Part shown: positions 35,901 to 44,249 of the stretch, piece by piece
Layout: each line of letters opens with the position of its first letter
Numbering within the stretch: the stretch's first letter is position 1
Origin: an uncultured Acidobacteriota bacterium
GTDB lineage: Bacteria > Acidobacteriota > Thermoanaerobaculia > Gp7-AA8
Assembly (NCBI GenBank): GCA_963741955.1
Contig: CAVUKB010000005.1
Span: 1,312,001-1,376,000 of the forward strand
Direction: 5' to 3'
DNA length: 64,000 bases
The notes under the pieces: generated by a model
What the model saw: the letters and a program-made list of their open reading frames with translations, nothing else
What the model was told of the DNA's origin: nothing
Databases searched by the model: none
Position numbers and translations under genes: made by a program

Positions 35901-38465
35901 ATGCGAATGAAGAAATTCGGAAACCGGATCGCACGCGAGCTCGAACAGCGCGGCTCGGCCCTTCTCGTGAGTCTGATGGTCATGGTCGGCCTCTCGCTCC
36001 TTGGGCTCGGCTTTGTCGCTCTTTCGGAGACGGAGAGCACCATCTCGCTGAATCAGCGAAATTACGTTCAGACGCTCCAGGTGGCCGAGGCCGGAGCGAG
36101 AGCGGTCGTGGAGTGGTTTCAGGATCCGGAGTGGAACACCACCGTCGGACTGATGCCCGCGGTGAGCTCCCGGACGGCGTTCCTTCCCAACCGGGTGCTC
36201 GTCTCACCTTCCTACACCGGCCGGTACCAGGAGCCGAATTCGAGCAACAGTTACACTTACTTCTGTTGTGACCGCCCTTTCAAGTCGGCGTTCGACACCC
36301 GGCTGTTCGGAACCGAGGATCATCCCGACATCTGGATTCGCGCGGTCAACGATGACGGGACCGTGAACACCGCCGGGGACGACTTTCTCAACGGGACGAC
36401 CGGGACGGGAGGTTTCAACCACGTTCTCTTCCCGAATTCGGACGTCCGGATCTCGGAGATCCGGGTGTATGCACCTCCGATCGTCGGCGGCACCGTCAAC
36501 GTCAACGGCTACTACGAACAGGGCGTCGGAGCCCGATACGGGCTCGGCACGATCCGCGTCACCGCAATCAAGAGACGCGACCCGAGCCCGGCGGAACGGA
36601 ACAGCGCCACGAACCCGATCGTCGCCACACGGACGGTGAAGGCCGTTATCTCCGAGTGGCCATTCCCGGGCCCGCAGGGCCCCGTGCAGTCGAATGCGAA
36701 CATCAACACGGGTGGTGCCGTTGCGGTCCACTGGGGGAAGGAAACTTCGCAGAAGAGCATGGAAGTGAAGCGCCCGCTGGTGGGGCTGCCCTGGTTCGAT
36801 CCGGTCCATCGCGGACAGTTCGAGTACGGATACACGTCCGCCAGTCAATGGACCGCGAACCACGAATACGGAGTCGGACAATGCGTTTATCCAACCGGCG
36901 GAGGAAACCTCGATTTCTGCGCCACGGCCGTCACCGGCGGACACGGTCTCAGCGGCGCGGCTGAGCCGGCGTGGGCAGCGGGGGCCGTGCCCGACAGCGC
37001 CGTGACGTGGGCGTCTGTACCGCGTCTGCCGGTCCACACCACTCTCAACTCCGATTTCGCGACCAACACCGAACACCTCTCCGACCTGATCTCGATCGAC
37101 AAGGACGCGAACGTGGTCGGTCCCGATTACAGCGATCCATGGTTCGAGGCACGTGCGCGCGGCGACATGCAGCAGAAGCTGATCGCCGGCAACCCGAGTC
37201 CCGAGCCGTTCCGATATACGAGCGCGGGGCAGGATCCGGTTGCCACTCCGACCGCCGGATATTCGAACTGGTTCCAGTACCAGGACGTCAACGACCTCCC
37301 GAATCTCAAGCAGGAGGTCATCTTTCCGCACATGGACTACCGCTTCTGGAAGGATACCGCCGTCGCAGGGCAGGGACAGGATGGGGTGTACTTCCTTCAG
37401 TGGGTCTCGGCCGACCAGTTCCGCGACAGCTCCGGGACCACCAAGACCTTTAAGGACTGGACCGATATCACCCAGGGAGCAAAAGAAGGATTCTATTTCT
37501 TCGACGCGAAGAACGGGCAGAATCCCCAGATCGCCGGGGGGGCCACCTATCTCACGCCGGACATCCAGATCTCCGGCAAGGGAGGCGGTGACTGGGAGAT
37601 GTCCGGCTTCATCTATCTGAACGCGGCGAGCTTCGGAACGACCGGTATTCACGGACCGGACGGATACTTCAACTTCCCCGGAGAGCCCTACTCGGACATC
37701 GGATACCCGCAGGTCGACACGTCGGCTGCGGGAGGTCCCTGGATTCCCGCCACGGCGGGTGGCTCCGACTGGATACTCCAACCGAACACCGCCGGGAACA
37801 AACGGTGGGATTGCCAGGTCGAAGTGGGCGGCGACCCCACCCGATGCGACATCCATCTGAGCCTTCGCTGGCTGCAAAATCACTCCACGAACGCCTGGTA
37901 TCAGGCCTGGATTCCGGATCCGTACATTCCGGGATGTAAGGTCGGCACCAATGCCGATCCCACCGCGACCTGCTCCGACCCTCACGAGCCGTACCTGAAC
38001 CTGATTTATCCGCAGCACGCCTGCTGTCAGGGCGCGGCGTTCGACCCGTATCCGGTGCTCGTTGGATGGGAAGACCCCACCGCCACGGCCGCAAAACCGA
38101 TCACCCGTCGTCCCAAGGAGAAACTCAGTAGCGGCGCGCTTCCGACCGTCAGCGGAACCGGGATCTGCACGGACTCCTCGCAATTCGATTCCTGTACGTC
38201 CAACGGTTACGACCGTGACGGGTACCTCGACTTCTGGACCGGCAGCAAACAGCCGCCCATCCTGAACGGCGTCTTCTACAACGAGGGGACGATGTCCTCT
38301 CAAGGCAACGCCACCTACTTCGGATCGGTCCTCATCAACGGAGACATCGCCAACACCGGTACGCCCGAGGTCTGGTTCGACGAACGGCTGATCAAGAACG
38401 ACTGGCCGCCGAAGGAATGGCCGTTCCCGCGCGTGATCATTACCGCCATTCAGACCGACGAATAA
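35901..38465 (+). CDS. Giant PilX-like minor pilin (854 aa)
   Basis: QRG|SALLVSL without Glu5 and AEAG motif (PilX/GspK-like); large Cys-containing C-terminal region. Confidence 0.85.
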   Translation: MRMKKFGNRIARELEQRGSALLVSLMVMVGLSLLGLGFVALSETESTISLNQRNYVQTLQVAEAGARAVVEWFQDPEWNTTVGLMPAVSSRTAFLPNRVLVSPSYTGRYQEPNSSNSYTYFCCDRPFKSAFDTRLFGTEDHPDIWIRAVNDDGTVNTAGDDFLNGTTGTGGFNHVLFPNSDVRISEIRVYAPPIVGGTVNVNGYYEQGVGARYGLGTIRVTAIKRRDPSPAERNSATNPIVATRTVKAVISEWPFPGPQGPVQSNANINTGGAVAVHWGKETSQKSMEVKRPLVGLPWFDPVHRGQFEYGYTSASQWTANHEYGVGQCVYPTGGGNLDFCATAVTGGHGLSGAAEPAWAAGAVPDSAVTWASVPRLPVHTTLNSDFATNTEHLSDLISIDKDANVVGPDYSDPWFEARARGDMQQKLIAGNPSPEPFRYTSAGQDPVATPTAGYSNWFQYQDVNDLPNLKQEVIFPHMDYRFWKDTAVAGQGQDGVYFLQWVSADQFRDSSGTTKTFKDWTDITQGAKEGFYFFDAKNGQNPQIAGGATYLTPDIQISGKGGGDWEMSGFIYLNAASFGTTGIHGPDGYFNFPGEPYSDIGYPQVDTSAAGGPWIPATAGGSDWILQPNTAGNKRWDCQVEVGGDPTRCDIHLSLRWLQNHSTNAWYQAWIPDPYIPGCKVGTNADPTATCSDPHEPYLNLIYPQHACCQGAAFDPYPVLVGWEDPTATAAKPITRRPKEKLSSGALPTVSGTGICTDSSQFDSCTSNGYDRDGYLDFWTGSKQPPILNGVFYNEGTMSSQGNATYFGSVLINGDIANTGTPEVWFDERLIKNDWPPKEWPFPRVIITAIQTDE

Positions 38466-38478
38466 CCGTCCTACCCTG

Positions 38479-38507
38479 CGGGCGGGCCCTCGGGCTCGCC
38501 CGTTTTC
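38479..38507 (+). terminator. Intrinsic terminator after the pilX-like gene
   Basis: CGGGCGGGCCC-TC-GGGCTCGCCCG hairpin followed by TTTT. Confidence 0.65.
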
Positions 38508-38636
38508 CCTTCCCTCCGGCCGGAATTCCGGCGATCCACTCGAATGGTCCGATTGCGCAGGGCTCCCCTTCGCTAAATAATCCTCCCTCCCGGAACGTTA
38601 CCTTCGTTCGTCCGTCGAAATGGACGGGGGCGGTTT

Positions 38637-39842
38637 ATGGCAACATTCGTTTTCAAAGTCGGAACTCCCGACGGGCAGATCATCGAGCGCGAAGTGCACG
38701 CAGCGAGTGCCGAGAGCGCCCGGGAAGAGCTGCGCCGGCAGGGAATGCATGTCTTCGACGCCCGAAAACGAGCCTTCACGTGGGATTTCCTCAAAAAAGC
38801 GGGCCGCCTGGTCACCACGGAACGATTTCTCCTCTTCAACCAGGAGCTCCTGGCCCTGATCCGGGCCGGCCTCCCCATCATCCAGTCGTTCGACATCATG
38901 CTCGAGCGGCAGAAGTCGCACCGGTTCCGGGAGGTGCTGGCCGAGATCCGGGAGAAAATCCGTTCGGGCGTCGCGCTCTCCGATGCGTTCGCGGACTACG
39001 GTCGCGCGTTCCCCCCCATCTACTCGAACTCCCTCCGGGCCGGGGAGCGTTCCGGAGACATGGAAGGAGTGATCCGCCGCTTTCTTCGCTACCAGAAGCT
39101 GATGGTGACGCTGCGGAAACGCATCGTGGGCGCGCTGGTTTATCCGGCTGTGCTCCTGGTCATCTCCACCGTGATGATCTTCGTGATGTTGACGTACGTC
39201 ATCCCGAAATTCGCGGAGTTCTACCAGGGGTTCGGTGCCGAGCTGCCGGTTTTCACCCGGGTGGTCATCGACTTCTCACAGCTCGTCCGCCAGCAGTTCC
39301 TCCTGGTCGCTGCGATCGTGGCACTGGCCATCTATCTGATCTCACGCTGGTCCAAATCCGATCGTGGAGGGATCATTCTCGACCAGATCAAGCTCCGCCT
39401 CCCGTTGATCGGCGGGATCCTCCATCGCTTTTCGATGATGCAGTTCAGCCAGGCGCTCGGAACCCTGCTTGGAGGGGGTACTCCGATGGTTCCGGCCATC
39501 GAGATCGCCGCCCAGTCCATCAATAACCGCCTTGTCTCGACGAAGATCGGAGACATTGCCCAGCGCGTCCGTGAAGGCGAGCCGCTCTGGCTCTCTCTCG
39601 AGCAGACCGGAGTGATGAGCGATCTGATCATCGAGATGATCAAAGTCGGCGAATCGACGGGGTCGCTGGTTGAAATGCTGACCAACGTCAGCGAGTTCTA
39701 CGATGAGGAAATCGAGGCTCACTTGAACCGGCTGATCGCGGCGATCGAGCCGATCATCCTGGTGGTTCTCGGCGTCGTCATCGCCGGGCTTCTCTACGCC
39801 TTTTATCTCCCGCTCTTCCAGCTGTCGAGGGTTGCACAGTAA
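38637..39842 (+). CDS. PilC/GspF family inner-membrane platform protein
   Basis: GERSG, ALVYP, VGESTG and IEPI repeats of the T2SS F domain. Confidence 0.93.
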   Translation: MATFVFKVGTPDGQIIEREVHAASAESAREELRRQGMHVFDARKRAFTWDFLKKAGRLVTTERFLLFNQELLALIRAGLPIIQSFDIMLERQKSHRFREVLAEIREKIRSGVALSDAFADYGRAFPPIYSNSLRAGERSGDMEGVIRRFLRYQKLMVTLRKRIVGALVYPAVLLVISTVMIFVMLTYVIPKFAEFYQGFGAELPVFTRVVIDFSQLVRQQFLLVAAIVALAIYLISRWSKSDRGGIILDQIKLRLPLIGGILHRFSMMQFSQALGTLLGGGTPMVPAIEIAAQSINNRLVSTKIGDIAQRVREGEPLWLSLEQTGVMSDLIIEMIKVGESTGSLVEMLTNVSEFYDEEIEAHLNRLIAAIEPIILVVLGVVIAGLLYAFYLPLFQLSRVAQ

Positions 39843-41467
39843 TGGCCGATCCGAAAGACATTCTCTACCGCCAGGCGCAGACCGATCTCGCGAACGAGAC
39901 CGAACGTTCCCGGCGCGTCGCTGATCAGTACGGATTCGAGTTCGTCGATCTGGAGCATCTCCCGATCGACCATTCTCTCTTCCGGGAGATTCCGCTCGAC
40001 CTGATGGTCCGCTATCAGTTCATTCCCGAGAAACGGGAGGATGGACACGTTGCGGTGGTCGTCGGCGATCCGACCGACGTTCTGAAGCTCGACGAGCTCG
40101 AGCTGCTGTTCGGCGCACCGATCCGGGTGAAAGTGGCGCCGCCGAGCGCGATCCGCGAGAAGCTGCAGAAGTCCGACTCGACCCAGCGGGTGGTCGACGA
40201 AGCGACTGCAGGCTTCCGGCTCCAGATCATCGGAGAAGACGACGAGGAGTCTCAGGCTCTCACCATCGACTCGATCACCCAGCATGAGTCGTCGCCGATC
40301 ATCCGGCTGGTCGATTCGATCGTCTTCAATGCGATCCAGCAGCGCGCATCGGACATCCACATCGAGACGCGCGACACCGAAGTCGTGGTGAAGTACCGTA
40401 TCGACGGCGTGCTGTACCAGGCACTCGATCCGATCGACAAGAAACACCACTCGACGATCATTTCCAGAATCAAGGTCATGTCGGAGCTCGACATCTCCGA
40501 GAAACGTGTTCCGCAGGACGGCCGCTTCAAGCTCCGGATCAACGGACGGGCCATCGACTTCCGCGTTTCGATCGTCCCGACCGTCCACGGTGAGGACTCC
40601 GTCATTCGTATTCTCGACAAGGAGTCGATGAACAAGGAGTTCAAGGACCTCCGTCTGGACGTTCTCGGCTTCGATCCGGAAACTCTGGTGAAACTGAGGA
40701 AGTTCATCCGCGAGCCGTACGGAATGGTGCTGGTCACCGGACCGACGGGCTCCGGAAAGACCACCACGCTCTACGCGGCACTCTCTGAGATCCAGTCGTC
40801 GGAAGACAAGATCATCACCATCGAAGATCCGGTCGAGTATCAGCTTCGGGGGATCACTCAGATTCCGGTCAACGAGAAGAAGGGGCTGACATTCGCCCGC
40901 GGACTTCGGGCAATTCTCCGCCACGATCCGGACAAGGTGATGGTTGGTGAGATCCGCGACGAAGAGACGGCGCAGATTGCCGTACAGTCGGCACTGACCG
41001 GTCACCTCGTGTTCACCACCGTGCACGCGAACAACGTCGTAGACGTTCTCGGCCGCTTTCTGAACATGAAGGTCGAGCTCTACAACTTCGTCTCGGCACT
41101 CAACTGTATTCTCGCCCAGCGGCTGGTCCGGAAGATCTGTGATCACTGCCGCGAGGAGGTCCGCTACACGGCCGTGCAGCTCGAAGAATCCGGCCTCCCT
41201 GCCGATCTCGCCGAGAGGCCGTTCTTCGAGGGAACCGGCTGCATCGAATGCAACGGCACCGGCTACCACGGCCGGCTCGCGATCGCGGAGCTGCTCGACC
41301 TCTCCGACCGGATCCGGGGGATGATTCTGGACAAGCGTCCCGCCTCGGAGATCAAGAAAGCCGCCCGTGAAGAGGGAATGATCTTCCTCCGCGAAGCGGC
41401 GCTTCGTAAAGTGATGGAAGGGAGAACGACCTTGCGCGAAATCAACAAGGTCACGTTCGTGGAGTGA
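39842..41467 (+). CDS. PilB/GspE family assembly ATPase
   Basis: ASDIHIE, PQDGR, GPTGSGKTT, LRHDPD, GEIRD, TGHLV and tetracysteine Zn motif. Confidence 0.95.
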   Translation: MADPKDILYRQAQTDLANETERSRRVADQYGFEFVDLEHLPIDHSLFREIPLDLMVRYQFIPEKREDGHVAVVVGDPTDVLKLDELELLFGAPIRVKVAPPSAIREKLQKSDSTQRVVDEATAGFRLQIIGEDDEESQALTIDSITQHESSPIIRLVDSIVFNAIQQRASDIHIETRDTEVVVKYRIDGVLYQALDPIDKKHHSTIISRIKVMSELDISEKRVPQDGRFKLRINGRAIDFRVSIVPTVHGEDSVIRILDKESMNKEFKDLRLDVLGFDPETLVKLRKFIREPYGMVLVTGPTGSGKTTTLYAALSEIQSSEDKIITIEDPVEYQLRGITQIPVNEKKGLTFARGLRAILRHDPDKVMVGEIRDEETAQIAVQSALTGHLVFTTVHANNVVDVLGRFLNMKVELYNFVSALNCILAQRLVRKICDHCREEVRYTAVQLEESGLPADLAERPFFEGTGCIECNGTGYHGRLAIAELLDLSDRIRGMILDKRPASEIKKAAREEGMIFLREAALRKVMEGRTTLREINKVTFVE

Positions 41468-42372
41468 TGATGTTCTCGAGAGCTTTCCCGCCCGACGTCA
41501 TCGTGTTCGACACCGATGCGCTACTTCATGCCCGATTCGGTGGCTCGAAGCGTGGAGCGCAGCTGCTCGCGCTGAAAAAGTATTCGCTGCCGACCGGCAC
41601 GTTCGGCCGGAAAGGGATCACTCCGGAGCTCGAGAAGAGCGAGTCGCTGACCGAAGTAGTCCGGCGCATCCGGAGCGAAGCCGGGCGGCTCGATCGGGTT
41701 TCGGTTCTCCTGCCCGATTCCTGGTTCCGGATCAATATTCTCTCTCTGGCTCAGCTGCCGGAACGCCGGACCGAAGCCGAGGAGATGGTCCGGTGGACGC
41801 TCCGCCGCAGCCTTCCGGTCAATCCCGAGGAGCTGAGGCTCTCGTATGAAAAGATCAGCCGGAACGGGTCGCCGCCGCGGGTGCTCGCGGTGGCGGCGCT
41901 GGAGAAGACACTCCGGTCGATCGAAGCGGCGTTTTCGGCGGCCGGAATCTCGATCGTCCTGATCGAGCCGGTGGGGATCAATCTCTGGAACGCGATCTCG
42001 ATCCAGGAAAAACCGTCGAATCACGATCGGCTGCTGTTCTATGTTCGCCGGAACGAATTCACCATCGCCCTCTTTCACGGAGACGGTCCGGTTTTCATCC
42101 GGTCCCGCTCCATGAGTGGTGAACGGACGCTGCTCCAGGAGATTCGTCTGTCGGCCTCCTATCTGAAAGGGACCGTGCAACTCGACGTGGTCGATCGGTG
42201 TTACGCGGCCGGGAGTGAACTGACCCAGCCGGTGATCGACGTGATCAGCGACGAGTTCGGCACGACGGTGGAGACCATCTCGCTCGGAGAATTCGTCACC
42301 TGCAATCCCGCCCTCGACACGGCGCGAGTGGAGGCGGAGATCGCGGCGTGCACTGGAGTGTTCATTTCGTGA
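41464..42372 (+). CDS. PilM-like cytoplasmic assembly protein
   Basis: About 300 aa and soluble; precedes the PilN/PilO-like genes with overlapping start/stop codons. Confidence 0.72.
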   Translation: MMMFSRAFPPDVIVFDTDALLHARFGGSKRGAQLLALKKYSLPTGTFGRKGITPELEKSESLTEVVRRIRSEAGRLDRVSVLLPDSWFRINILSLAQLPERRTEAEEMVRWTLRRSLPVNPEELRLSYEKISRNGSPPRVLAVAALEKTLRSIEAAFSAAGISIVLIEPVGINLWNAISIQEKPSNHDRLLFYVRRNEFTIALFHGDGPVFIRSRSMSGERTLLQEIRLSASYLKGTVQLDVVDRCYAAGSELTQPVIDVISDEFGTTVETISLGEFVTCNPALDTARVEAEIAACTGVFIS

Positions 42373-42944
42373 AAGTCATTCATCTCAACCTCGCATCACG
42401 TCCGTATCGCGACTATCGGCCGGTCTGGGCGGTCGTCGCCGTGACCGGCGTCCTCTGTGCGGTTCTCCTCGTCTACAACGTCCAGACGGCATACCGGTAC
42501 CTCTCCAACACCGAGGATACCCGCGCCCGGATCGGAGAGCTCCAAGCCCAGACCGCGCGCGAACAACGTCTCGCGCGCACCGTGGCGGCGAAGACGGAGA
42601 AATTCGATCTTCGCGAGCTCAGCGAGCAGTCCCATTTCATCAATGGCGAGATCGAAGAACGCGCCTTTTCGTGGTCTGCGTTGCTCGACGATCTGGAGAG
42701 CGTCCTTCCCGGTGACGTCCACCTCACGAGCCTCAACCCCACCATCGATCCGAAAGGAGGGGTTCATCTGAATCTCACCTGCGTCGCCAAGAGTTCAGAC
42801 GGAATGGCAGAGCTCCTCCGTGGCCTTTTCGCCAGCCCTCGTTTCGAAAATCCGTTTCCGCAGGCCGAACAGACGCGTCCCGACGGATTCAACTTCACCA
42901 TGGTCGTCGACTACCTCCCGACCACCGGAGGGCCGGCCCGATGA
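42369..42944 (+). CDS. PilN-like protein
   Basis: IHLNLA N-terminal motif, TM helix, coiled coil and WSALLDDLE..LP.DV.L; GTGA overlap. Confidence 0.82.
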   Translation: MKVIHLNLASRPYRDYRPVWAVVAVTGVLCAVLLVYNVQTAYRYLSNTEDTRARIGELQAQTAREQRLARTVAAKTEKFDLRELSEQSHFINGEIEERAFSWSALLDDLESVLPGDVHLTSLNPTIDPKGGVHLNLTCVAKSSDGMAELLRGLFASPRFENPFPQAEQTRPDGFNFTMVVDYLPTTGGPAR

Positions 42945-43519
42945 TCTGGCGTGAAAAACGATGGCTGATCATCAGCCTCGGGATCCTTCTTCTGATCAAT
43001 CTGGTGTTCTTCTTCACCTACCGGCTTCGTTACCAGCAGCGGATCGAGGATCTCCAGAAATCGCTCGATCATTCGCGCACCGAGCTCGCCACTGCGCACA
43101 AGGCTCGGGTCAGTGCCGAAAAGCAGCTCGCGGGGCTCGAGGATGTGGAGAAAAACATCCGCACGGTACACGAGGAGATCTGGTCGACGCCCGACAGGCG
43201 GCTCACGTCGCTGATCACGGAGATCCGAAAGCTCGCGGTGCAGAGTCAGATCCATGGCCCGGACGGCATCAATTACGCGCAACTCAATACGAAGAGCGAG
43301 ACCCGGATCCTGGGCATCGCGTTCGGAGTGCGCGGCACCTACGATCAGATTCGACGTTTCCTGAATCTTCTCGAGCTGTCGGACCAGTTCGTGATCATCG
43401 ACCAGATCACTCTCTCCGGCCAGCACGGGGCCGAGCTGCAGCTGAGCATTGGTCTGAAGACGCTGTTCGACGACCCCGCCGCCTCTTCCGCTCCGAACCG
43501 CAGGAGGATCTCGGGATGA
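42941..43519 (+). CDS. PilO/GspM-like protein
   Basis: TM helix, coiled coil and GTYDQIRRFL..LE motif. Confidence 0.82.
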   Translation: MIWREKRWLIISLGILLLINLVFFFTYRLRYQQRIEDLQKSLDHSRTELATAHKARVSAEKQLAGLEDVEKNIRTVHEEIWSTPDRRLTSLITEIRKLAVQSQIHGPDGINYAQLNTKSETRILGIAFGVRGTYDQIRRFLNLLELSDQFVIIDQITLSGQHGAELQLSIGLKTLFDDPAASSAPNRRRISG

Positions 43520-44169
43520 ACTGGAAAGAGCGCAAGGTCTGGTTCATCCTCGCCGCCGTCGTGGTCGGGCTCTATGCCATCTACTCGTTCGCCGCACCCG
43601 AGCAGCCGGCCGCATCCGAACCGCCGAAGCCGCAGACCACCCGCACCGTGCGAGAGGAGTCCAGTATCATCGGATCGGTCGAACCGATCCGGCTCGATCT
43701 GCTCGAGCCGAAGAGCGGCGCATACAAGAGCTCGCGGAACCTCTTCGCGTTCGTGCAGCCGCCTCCTCCGCCACCACCGAAGGCTGCCCCTCCCCCTCCG
43801 CCACCTCCCGACCGTGACCGGGACGGCGTACCGGACTTCTCGGACAATTGTCCCGATACTCCCAATCCGGACCAGAAAGACATCGACAGGGACGGGATCG
43901 GAACGGCCTGCGAGAAGGAACCGGAGCTCGTTCCTCCGCCGCCTCCTCCGCAACCGCCGCCGTTCACCTACAAGTACATCGGGAACTTCGGACCGGAGCG
44001 GAAACAGATCGCGGTTTTCTCCAATGGAGACGAGATCCTCGACGTCCGGGAAGGGGAGATCTTCGGCGGGAACCGCTTCATTCTCCGAAAAGTCGGCCTC
44101 GAGTCGGCCGACATCGGCTTCGTTGGTTTTCCTCCAGAGCGGACGAAGCGGGTTGCGATCGGTCCATGA
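43516..44169 (+). CDS. PilP/GspC-position membrane protein with thrombospondin type 3-like Ca-binding repeat
   Basis: TM helix, RNLFAF, poly-Pro and DRDRDGVPDFSDNCPDTPNPDQKDIDRDGIGTAC; ATGA overlap with the pilO-like gene. Confidence 0.75.
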   Translation: MNWKERKVWFILAAVVVGLYAIYSFAAPEQPAASEPPKPQTTRTVREESSIIGSVEPIRLDLLEPKSGAYKSSRNLFAFVQPPPPPPPKAAPPPPPPPDRDRDGVPDFSDNCPDTPNPDQKDIDRDGIGTACEKEPELVPPPPPPQPPPFTYKYIGNFGPERKQIAVFSNGDEILDVREGEIFGGNRFILRKVGLESADIGFVGFPPERTKRVAIGP

Positions 44170-44249
44170 GCCGGAGTGACCTGCGCCTCGCTGCAACGTC
44201 TGAAATAACGAGTGACTCGCAAGAGAGCAAGAGACGGAAAGTGCATTTG

